Shown here: piece after piece, positions 24,123 through 33,851 of the stretch
Numbering within the stretch: the stretch's first letter is position 1
How the letters are laid out: each line of letters begins with the position of its first letter
NCBI GenBank assembly: GCA_951406725.2
Contig: OX597820.1
Coordinates: forward strand, 33,728,001 to 33,792,000
Direction: 5' to 3'
DNA from: Octopus vulgaris
Taxonomy: Eukaryota
DNA length: 64,000 nt
Program-made: the position numbers and the translations under genes
The notes under the pieces: generated by a model
What the model was told of the DNA's origin: nothing
The model's database searches: none
The model's input: the letters and a program-made list of their open reading frames with translations, nothing else

Positions 24123-24245
24123 CTTTATTTAAAGCAGCAGAAAATTCAACAAAACCTGTTACTCTGAGTTTCACGTTCCCGACGTACGGGAACGTGAAAC
24201 TCAGAGTAACAGGTTTTGTTGAATTTTCTGCTGCTTTAAATAAAG
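24123..24245. repeat. Perfect 59-bp-arm palindrome with 5-nt loop
   Basis: CTTTATTTAAAGCAGCAG...GTTCCCG-ACGTA-CGGGAAC...CTGCTGCTTTAAATAAAG. The arm matches the PLE/hammerhead end at about 12617-12670. Confidence 0.92.
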
Positions 24246-24685
24246 TGTGTATGTGTATGTATGTATATATATATATCTTGCTTGTTTCAGTCATTGTACG
24301 ATGGTCATGCTAGAGCAATGCTTTGAAGAGTTCAGTTGAAAAAAATCAACCCAAGTAACCATTTTTTTTTAAAGCTTGCCACTTATTCTATCGCTTTCTT
24401 GTGCTGGAACACTATATTATGGGGACGCAAACAAACCAACACCGTTTGTGAAGAGGTGGTAGCGGGCTCTGAAAATGAATTTTCAATTTGTAGAAATATG
24501 TACCTAAAAACCAAAAGAACACCGATAAAACAAGTTTGATGTCGCAATAAATAAAGATTAGTGGCAAACTGATTTTTAAAAAATAAAAGAAAACTTCGTC
24601 AATTACAAAGCAGTTAGAGTTGTCGCCTATCAACTTAGAAGCGCAACAGGTTTATAGTGTCCAGCCCTCAAATTAGGTCATTCAA

Positions 24686-25249
24686 AACTTTCTGAAAATG
24701 CATATTATTTATTTAAATTTTGCAGCGATACGTTTTGAAGGATGTAGATTACAATTATGCCAATAAAATTTAGATACAGTTAATTTGTGGGAAGAAATTT
24801 TCCTTTCCCCATTGCCCTCATTTTCTGTGGTTTTAACAATTTTTACTCACTCAGCCCCACAAATTTCCGGGTTTCAAACATCAACAGGACATAAATTTAC
24901 CGTAAAAAGTCGGAGGTTGGCAGAAAAAGCTACCTAAAGTTACTTTTAAAATAATTTTTTTTCTAACCATAATGTTATGAACGTAATCGTTTATATACAC
25001 AACAGAAGCCGTAATTCCAGCAACACTTCTTTAAACATGCATTTTACAGAAAATTACGTAGAAAGACGGTCACTGAGATCACCAATCTCTAGCTTTGTCG
25101 AACTTTCTTATGAAGTGGAAAAAAGCCGGATAAAAAAAAAAGAAAGAAAAAAAAGTACACTTAGTAACAAAATATACAATAGTACAGGAATATTTTTCAT
25201 GCATGTGTATTTAAACGTGTGTATATTATATATATATATATATATGGTG
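24686..25249. repeat. Direct duplication partner of 29147-30674
   Basis: Near-identical to 29147-29450 and similar to about 30206-30250 and 30465-30674. Provides the empty site of the 29451 MITE. Confidence 0.85.
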
Positions 25250-25452
25250 ACCCAAAAGTAGGTTTACTGTTGTCACGTAAGCACTTTACATTCCTTTTAA
25301 AACATTTTATTACATTTAATTTTCTATCTACAATGAACTAAATCATCATAGAATAATGGTTTCATATTTGTTTATAATTAAGATCTAAACTGTTGATATA
25401 AGAATGTGAAAGAGATAGTTGAATAACTGTAAACCTACTTTTAGGCCACTCC
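25246..25452. mobile_element. Tc1/mariner-type MITE
   Basis: TIRs GGTGACCCAAAAGTAGGTTTACTGTT / AACTGTAAACCTACTTTTAGGCCACT in TA/TG-repeat context. Confidence 0.65.
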
Positions 25453-25645
25453 GTGTGTGTGTATATATATATATATATATAAAATATTACATTATATAAT
25501 TAATTACTTTGCCACATACTGAACTTAGTAGAAATAGCAGCCAAAAAAATTTTTTTAGCTGTTTCTACTACTTTCTTTAAGTAGTAGAAACAGCTAAAAA
25601 AAATTCACTTGGTGAAATTGATTAATTAATTTTACCCTCAATTGT

Positions 25646-25678
<33 letters not shown>

Positions 25679-25777
25679 TGCAGCAGAAAAAACTCCCGTG
25701 TGTTTTCGGCAGTGTCCTTGCCAGGAGTAATAACGGTGTACCGATGTAATTAATGTTTTACTTTTTTTATGTTCTTT

Positions 25778-26578
25778 TCAGTTAGCTACACGACCGCTCT
25801 GTTGTCCGATCGCTTTCTCCACCAACACTTCCTTCGTTTTTATTTCTGAATTTTTCCAGTTGAAATATTTGTCGTGTATTTTTTTCGCATATCGAGTCGA
25901 ACCAATTTCATTAAATGCAACACATATCACTTCGTAATTCATATTATCGACGTAAGAATATTCTTTCCAATAGCAGAGCAGTTCGAAAACTCTCTCAAAA
26001 ATATCTACTTTACATTCCTCGGCAGTCCCACACACGTCCAAACCTCGACACTTAGCCAAAAAGATATGGTCAACACTTTCCGGTAGGAATTCCAAACGTC
26101 TACGAATATCTGCTACATCAGTTGGAACTAAAAAAAATCTCGGGTTCCATTCGGTGAAGTACCTACAGTGAAGCATTGTTATAAAATATGTAATCTGCGA
26201 AGATTTCTCAATAAGCTCAAAGGCCATCTCTATGATGAGTTCGTAAGAGGGGAAGGTGTTTACAATTTCACGCTTTTCGAAATCCGACTCCGCCACTGTA
26301 AAATTTTTATAGTCATCATATGATGGGAGCATAAATTTCTTTTTCATCTTCTTTTCTACGTCTTCAAGCTTACCGATGAAGCTTTTTATGCCATAGTTAG
26401 CGACATATCCTTCCATAAAGGTCTTCGACATTTCAACGAGTTCTGGATATTTTTCGGTGTTCACACGGTTGATACAATTTTTACTATAACCCAAATATAC
26501 AGCCAAAGACTTCACTTCACCTATGTCGTTGAAATACTGGGCAATTTTAGTAAAAAAGGCATCCTTTTCTAAAGCCAT
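25778..26578 (-). CDS. Intronless 266-aa protein with two death-domain-like regions
   Basis: Open frame from ATG 26578 (MALEKDAFF...). N-terminal KIAQYFNDIGEVKSLAVYLGYSKNCINRV..KYPELVEMS and C-terminal DIFERVFELLCYWKE...YEVICVAFNEIGSTRYAKKI follow death-domain helix patterns (by eye). Paralog at 31402-32952. Confidence 0.65.
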   Translation of the reverse strand: MALEKDAFFTKIAQYFNDIGEVKSLAVYLGYSKNCINRVNTEKYPELVEMSKTFMEGYVANYGIKSFIGKLEDVEKKMKKKFMLPSYDDYKNFTVAESDFEKREIVNTFPSYELIIEMAFELIEKSSQITYFITMLHCRYFTEWNPRFFLVPTDVADIRRRLEFLPESVDHIFLAKCRGLDVCGTAEECKVDIFERVFELLCYWKEYSYVDNMNYEVICVAFNEIGSTRYAKKIHDKYFNWKNSEIKTKEVLVEKAIGQQSGRVAN

Positions 26579-26630
26579 ATTATGGTTGTAGGAGACACAA
26601 GCATAAGATGTCAATGTCTGTTTGTAAAAT

Positions 26631-26638
26631 CCGGAAGT
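26631..26638. promoter_or_regulatory. ETS/GABP-type motif CCGGAAGT upstream of the death-domain-like ORF
   Basis: Exact consensus about 55 nt upstream of the ATG. An 8-mer could be chance. Confidence 0.25.
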
Positions 26639-26899
26639 ATAACGAATAAGTGAAAAACAAAATCAAATGAAGTACATAAGCTTTTTGATTCGCTCAGGCC
26701 GGCCTCGCGGTATGTTAGTTCCCTTTGACCTATTAAATTTACGTTATTTTTATTTCGATAATGCTCAATAGTTTTACAAAATTAAATTAGAAAATTGGAC
26801 AAAATAGAAAACACAAGCGAAAAAGTTTAAAAAGAGAAAAAACTCAAAACAATTCACCACCTTCGGTGGAAAAGTTGGGGTTGCTGGGGAAACCTCTCT

Positions 26900-27545
26900 A
26901 ATGGCTATTGAGGCACGCTTGCAGCATTGCCACGGGTGATGGCGAGGCTGATGTGATTGAACAGCTAAGTGCCCTCACGAGCATCACCAGTTACCTCTGC
27001 TAGGCGAGTTGCCAGTGAAGACAGGAATCTCGCAGTCAGTGGCCCGACTCCACCAAACGTCTCGAACGCCACAGGATGGGAAATGTAGTTGGCTGACAGA
27101 TTGCAGTATTTCAGGATTTTGTTCCGCTTAGCCACAGAAGCTGTGGATCTCGCCCTGACCGCAGCAGCCAGGATGTGAGAAGAAGCAAAGGAGTCGCTGT
27201 GACAGCCAAGACAAGGCATCTGCCTTATGACCAGGAGCACAGGGTGAAACCGTCAGGTCTTTTCCCATCACATCTGGACAATCCAGATGGTTCCAAGATT
27301 GAGGGGATGTTTTCCCCAGGCAAGCTCCTTTTGAGTATCGGGTTCAACTCTGTATGATGCACGAAGTGACCATCATTCAGGCGGCAAGAAATACCATGGA
27401 GGCCTGTGGAGTCGAGGAGTCTGTCACAACGACAGATCAAATCCATGCATATGTCAACTCCAACTCTGAGGGCAATGGAGACACGAAATTCGTCCAAGCT
27501 GAGTAGGCCACCAACATTAGCCATAAGGATGGCATCAATCTTGTC
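26900..27545 (-). mobile_element. CRE-clade (RLE-type) non-LTR retrotransposon 3' fragment
   Basis: FRVSIALRVG..C.C...D..GLHGISC, EPSGLSRCDGKRPDG, HPVAFETFGGVG, TGDARE, then a ISLAITRGNAAS-like terminus: the typical CRE restriction-like endonuclease C-terminus. Confidence 0.85.
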
Positions 27546-27557
27546 ACCTGAGTATTG

Positions 27558-28139
27558 GGACCTTTACCTTTTGATCTACAGATTTAAAAACTAATTTTTT
27601 TGTAACTAAACACTTTCAAACTTCGGACACTGGTAGAATGTGTCATATAAAACATCTTTTACTCTTAGCATTTTCGAGAAAAACTTATATTTACGAAGTA
27701 ATTTCACGTCAAAGTTGTCCTATTTCGGTAATTTCAACCAATCAATGACATGTATTCAGCTGAATAAAATTACTGCCGTTGTTTGTCAACAACAACTACT
27801 GGCAGTGTATTTTTTGTTTGTCACTGTTATTTATGACATCATTTGTGCATTTGTACTGGTTTTAGGGTTAGAGTTTTAGGGTTAGGGTGTTAGGGTTAAG
27901 GTTTTAGGGTTAGGGTTAAGATTGTCATAAATAACAGTGACAAACAAAAAATACACCGCCTGAAGTTCTTGTTGACAAACAACGGCAGTAATTTTATTCA
28001 GTTGAATACACATCATTGATTGGTTGAAATTACCGAAATAGGACTACTTTGACGTGAGATTACTTCGTAAATATCAGTTTTTCTCAAAAATGCTAAGAGT
28101 AAAAGATGCTTTATATGACACGTCAAAAGGTAAAGATCT
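27558..28139. mobile_element. Long-TIR MITE (Merlin-like) with central (TTAGGG)n-like tract
   Basis: Ends GGACCTTTACCTTTTGA / TCAAAAGGTAAAGATCT, flanks GAGTATTG / GAGTATTT (7 of 8 match), long inverted arms, TTAGGG units at about 27860-27920. Confidence 0.75.
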
Positions 28140-29450
28140 GAGTATTTGGCACTAGCAGAAATATTTGAGCTTAGGGCAAGATAGTTTTTTTTATAACCCT
28201 TGGTAAATAAGCTCTGGTCGAATAGGCCTATGATCAATGGCACTCCAGCCATGGCCATTCCATCTTTTTGCAATGTAACACGGACTACTTTATATTCAAG
28301 TTTACTGTAGCAGTGGCAAATTGCATGTGATTTGGTTGCTACATCTAGCAGATTTTGTGTAGTAATAAACAAGGGTATTGGTGCAGTTGAAGGCAAATAT
28401 CAGTATAGAGAGATGTAAGTGGCTCAGGAAGAATGGTTCAGAAGGGGTGGGTGAGGTGTGGAAGTGGTGAGGAGGGAGATCTAGAATACATAAGGGTGTA
28501 CATAAAGTGAGTGGGACATGGTGGGGGATATGAGAGAGGTGGTGAGAAAAATAGTAGATATGTGAGATGTTAAAATGGAGGATGGTAAAGGGGGGATATA
28601 ACTGAAGGCACAAAAAGGAGGTAGTTCATGAAAATGATGTGGATGAGAAAGGGAGGATAATGGGGAGAAGGGATTGAAGTAAGTCAGGGGGGAGTGGGTG
28701 AGATAACTGGAGGTTCTAAGCAAGGGATAGTAGTAATATGTGTTGATAATGCCCTCAACTGATTACAGCTGCCAAGAAGTGCCATAGATAGAGGAATTAT
28801 GGAGGGATAGGTGTTAGAGAAATAGAATGCGGAGGGGAATGCTTGACAGAGCAGAAGGGGTACAAGCATAAATAGAATGTTTTTAGGACATCATTTTTAC
28901 TGTTATGGACAGGTCAAATCCTTTGAAGATCTTTATCAGGTCCTTCTTAAATTTTTCCATAGTGTAGCCATTCATATGGTTTGAGATTGCCAGACCATTG
29001 TCCCTCTAAAGAGCCAACATGTATGAGTGTGCAATTCTAGAGGGTGTCCAAGATAAATAATTTGACAAGGTCAGCGATCTCAGCCCAGTTGTAATTACAT
29101 CACCATGGAAATGTCAAACAGTGAAATGCCTTCTTTCTTACCCCAGAACTTTCTGAAAATGCATATTATTTATTTGAATTTTGCAGCGATACGTTTTGAA
29201 GGATGTAGATTACAATTATGCCAATAAAATTTAGATACAGTTAATTTGTGGTAAGAAATTTTCCTTTCCCCATTGCCCTCATTTTCTGTGGTTTTAGCAA
29301 TTTTTACTCACTCAGCCCCACAAATTTCCGGGTTTCAAACATCAACAGGACATAAATTTACCGTAAAAAGTTGGAGGTTGGCAGAAAAAGCTACCTGAAG
29401 TTACTTTTAAAATAATTTTTTTTCTAACCATAATGTTATGAACGTAATCG

Positions 29451-30205
29451 GGATCTTTTCGCTTTGACCGGCAGATTTTTAAAATAATTTCTATGTAACT
29501 AAACACTTTTAAACTTTGTATACTGGTAGAATGTGTTTATAAAACATCTTTTTCTCTTGGCTTTCTTGAGAAAATTCTGTAGTTTTTAAGATATTTGTTG
29601 TTTAATTTCTTGCATTTCGGCAATTTCAACCAATCAATGACGTCTATTGAAGTGAATTCAATTTCTGCCGTAAAATTTTATGGCGGCGTCATGTGAAAAT
29701 GTCCCTTTACATATTATATATTCGTTTAAGAAACAGATTGGGTTTATTTACATTTCTATAGAAAAAAAGATACCCTCCCCCCACCCCAAACCCTAACTCT
29801 AACCCTAAAACAGATTGAAATGCAATAGATCGATACTACGGTCATAATTATGGGTAGACACTAAAGAGGGAACGGTTTTGTTATCCAGCTCTGTTTACGA
29901 GTGACCCCTCAGTTTATGGCCACAGGGTATCTTTTTTCTCATAAAAAACAGGGACATTTTCATATGATGCCGCCAGAAAATGTTACAGCAGAAATTGTTT
30001 TCACTTCAATAGACGTCATTGATTGGTTGAAATTGCCGAAATGCAAGAAATTAAACAACAAGTATCTTACAAATTACAGAATTTTCTCAAGAAAGCTAAG
30101 AGAAAAAGATGTTTTACAAACATATTCTACCAGTATACAAAGTTTAAAATTTTTTAGTTACATAGAAATTATTTTAAAAATCTGTCGGTCAAAGCGAAAA
30201 GATCC
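29451..30205. mobile_element. Long-TIR MITE (Merlin-like), 8-bp TSD CGTAATCG
   Basis: GGATCTTTTCGCTTTGACC...GGTCAAAGCGAAAAGATCC with arms of about 260 bp. TSD at 29443-29450 and 30206-30213; single-copy empty site at about 24982-24989. CCCTAA units inside. Confidence 0.9.
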
Positions 30206-30674
30206 CGTAATCGTTATCTGCACAACAGAAGTCGTATTCCAGCAACACTTTCCTTTCGTTACTGTATTTATTTTGAGATGCTCTCTGTTTCTTTCAATTA
30301 ATTTTAAATATAACAAATAATTTAGTAAAATAACTTAGTTATCATTCAGCTAGTATAAGGAATATAAATTGCTACTAAGGTTTAGTGGTATATTTTGATG
30401 CAAAACTTATGAAAACAAGACATTTGTACTACAGAGCCAGAGCCGGGTTGGTAACAAAAGGGTTACATGCGTTTTACAGAAAATTACGTAGAAAGATGGT
30501 CACTGAGATGTCAAACTTTCTTATGAAGTGGAAAAAAGCCGAATAAAAAAAAGAAGAAAGTACACTTAACAACAAACTGTACAATAGCACAGGAATATTT
30601 TTTATGAACATGTGCATTTAAACGTGTGCGTGTGTGTGTATATGTCTGTGTGTATATTATATATATACACGGTG

Positions 30675-31025
30675 GCAGACATTTGGTGGGGTCAGACTAC
30701 TCACTGCGAGATTCCTGTCTTCTCTAGCAACTTGTGAGGTTTGTGAGGACCATAGACAACGCTGCAAGCGTGCCTCAACAGCCTTTAGAGAGGTTTCCCA
30801 GCATCCCTGACTTTTCAACCTCAGGTGGTGAATTGTTTTAGTTCTTTTCTCTTTTTTTCTTTCTCTTTAATTTTTCAATTTTTTCAATCGTGTTCTCTAT
30901 TTTGTCCAATTTTCGAATTTAATTTTGTAAAACTATTGAGCATTGTCGAAATAAAAATAATGTGAATTTCATAGGTCAAAGGGAACTAACATACTGCGAG
31001 GCTGACCTGAGCGTATCAAAAAGCT
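30675..31025 (+). repeat. Inverted copy of the CRE 3' end and spacer upstream of the death-domain-like ORF
   Basis: Reverse complement of about 26678-27065, with an internal deletion. Confidence 0.85.
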
Positions 31026-31243
31026 TACTCTTTTACTCTTTTACTTGTTTCAGTCATTTGACTGCGGCCATGCTGGAGCACCACCTTTAATCGAGCAACT
31101 CGACCCCGGGACTTATTCTTTGTAAGTCCAGTACTTATTCTATCGGTCTCTTTTGCCGAACCGCTAAGTGACGGGGACATAAACACACCAGCATCGGTTG
31201 TCAAGCAATACTAGGGGGACAAGCACAGACACACAAACACACT

Positions 31244-31321
<78 letters not shown>

Positions 31322-31407
31322 TACGACAGGCTTCTTTCAGTTTCCGTCTACCAAATCCACTCACAAGGCTTTGGTCGGCCCGAGGCTATAGCAGAAGACA
31401 CTTGCCC
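31026..31407 (-). mobile_element. OR-like SINE, 5'-truncated
   Basis: Reverse complement of part of 549-974. ACTCTTTT tail units at the left end. Confidence 0.88.
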
Positions 31408-32952
31408 AGTATTTCAACGACATAGGTGAAGTGAAGTCTTTGGCTATATATTTGGGTTACAATAAAATCTGTATCAACCGTGTGAACATGGCCAAATATC
31501 CAGATCTCCTTGAAATGTCGAAGATCTTCATGAAAGGATATGTCGCTAACTATGGCATAATAAGCTTCGTCGATAAGCTTAAAAAGGTAGAAAAGAAGAT
31601 GAAAAAGATATTTATGCTCCCATCATGTAATTACTATGAAAAATTTACAGTGGCGGAGTTGGCTTTCAAAAATCGTGAATTTGAAACTACCTTCCCCTCT
31701 TACGAACTCATCATAGAGATGGCCTTCAAGCTTATTAAGAAACCTTCGCAGATTATAGATTTTTTTAACAAGTCTTCACTGTAGGTACTTCCACGAATGG
31801 AATCCAAGATTTTATCTCGTTCCAACTGATGTTGAAGATGTAGCATTTGGTGAAGCATATCTTCTCTCTCGGACATAAATAATACAAATAACGTCATGGC
31901 AGATAGCAGCCATCCTTCGGTTGCTTAGGCTATGTTGCGTCCACTGCCCTGATTGGTTGGTTTGGGTGCAGTTTTATTTTGTGCCAATGTATAAACCAAC
32001 CAATTGCAACCTTCAGTTAAGGCCACGTGACACTGTTTTTCTTATGCATTGTTTGAACCAACTAAACCCTTTAAAATGGCTAGATCGACAGACCATTTCA
32101 TCTTTGGTCTTAGACCATTGACCACAGAGTATCCAGTGACAGACCAGCCATGTTCCAGTGACTCAACCAGTTCCAGCGACGACACCAACACCTTTTCCAT
32201 CACCGTTGCCTTAAGCTTATCGACATCACCAACATGTCTACGTACACACCAACCAACATTGTTCCAGGTTTAACTTCACGCTGTTGTGAATACTCACCAA
32301 TGTTAACAGCTGCAGTCTACCTGCGAGAACTTTCTGTACCAAAGTAACTCGGCACATCATCGAGGCCACAACTTCTACACACGTAGTAATCGGCTCTGCA
32401 CTTGTGACCACCAACCTAACTGTGGTGTGTCTTACACCAAACTAGTATTTATCAACATCTTGTCCGAACATTCATCTAGCGATTCTTTTATAGACTCTTT
32501 CTATGCTCTGTATTGTATTGGCTCACACTTATCGCACACTCTACATGCACGTACACATTTTTCTATGCACGACGGCCTGTCTATTGGTTTATTATTATGT
32601 ACGTACTTTTATCGCACACACAGACACACTCTGCTAGCACACAGACATGCACTTATATCGCATGCACGTACACAATTACACACTGTTGTCGCACTCACGA
32701 ACACATCTGTAATAAAGTCTTTTCTCTTATACATTATACAGTTGTGTTTTTCTCTTTATTCTTTACTGGCATTCTTTATTCTTTTATTCCATGGATTTTG
32801 GCTTCTTTTGTAGACGACCGTGCGGTGTTTAAAAGGAGACATTTCGTTACCATCTCCTTTACGTACGGTCATCTCTACAAAGATATTCGTAGACGTTTGG
32901 AATTCCCACCAGAATTTTAGCTAAGTGTCGAGGTTCAGACATGTGTGGAACT
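31402..32952 (+). pseudogene. Disrupted paralog of the death-domain-like ORF
   Basis: KSLAIYLGYNKICINRVN...FPSYELIIEMAF aligns with 25778-26578. 5' end lost, frameshift, solo-LTR insertion, 3' truncation. Confidence 0.85.
31839..32879. mobile_element. Solo LTR (1041 bp), 4-bp TSD AAGA
   Basis: TGTAG...CTACA termini, AAGA at 31835-31838 and 32880-32883, internal AATAAA near 32710. Removing it restores collinearity with the intact paralog. Confidence 0.8.
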
Positions 32953-32964
32953 ATGAGTATCTTC

Positions 32965-33320
32965 TTTATTATTGGTATGACTATGAATTCATAGCCTGGA
33001 TATAAAAGCTAGAGAGGATCCGAAGCAGTTGTCCATAGATATCCTCATTTTCTTTGATTTTCAAAGAGATATTTATATCTGAAGGGCAGCTGACCTCTAC
33101 GATGGAACATACCTTTGCCCCTGTGTCCCAAACAACAACATTTGGCTTGTTATATTTACATTTAACAGAGGTTTTGATGGGATTATTCTACCAGTATTCC
33201 TTGAGTTGGCGTTTATGAATGTATTCCATAACGGGGATTTTCTAAGTTTATTTCAGGACAGTCGTTTTCGCAGATGGCATTGTAAATTGTTTTAGCAATA
33301 ACATTGTGCTACATAATAAT
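32965..33320 (-). mobile_element. R4/Dong-like RLE non-LTR fragment
   Basis: Minus strand reads HNVIAKTIYNAI...KEYW*NNPIKTSVKCKYNKPNVVVWD..KVCSIVEVSCP, a PD-(D/E)xK RLE region. Confidence 0.65.
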
Positions 33321-33851
33321 GTATATCTATCTGTCTGTTAGTCAGTCAGTCAGTCAGTCACCATTGTCTGTAACATAATACAAGATTTGTAAAAATATAT
33401 TGCTTTCAAAATTTGGTACAGGGTCAGCTGGTACTTATTTTATTGATCCCAAAAGGATGAAAGGCAAAGTTGACCTTGGTGTAATTGGAACTCATAACAT
33501 GAAGACGGATGAAATGCCACCAAGCATTTTGCCTGGTTTGCTTATGATTCTGCCAGGACACTGCCTTAAGAGTTGTAAAAAATATATCAAAATATATTTT
33601 ACATAGTGCAAACATCATCTGATATAGAAGTCAATATGTTAGTTAAGGGATGGAGTTAGATATATTTATTGTATCAAAAGTTGACTGCCTCCTTTGTGCT
33701 TCACCCCAGAATAGACTGCTCATGAAATTCCAAGTAGTCAACTTTTGATATGGTACACATATCTATCCATTCTCAGCCAATATGTTAAGTTCTGAGGTCG
33801 ACTTTGCCTTTTGTCCTTTTGGGGTTGATGAATTAAGTGCCAGTTGAGTAC

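Noticed and set aside
28150-29140. Possible decayed retroelement ORF on the minus strand
   Set aside because: Purine-rich and heavily degenerate; no motif I can assign with confidence.
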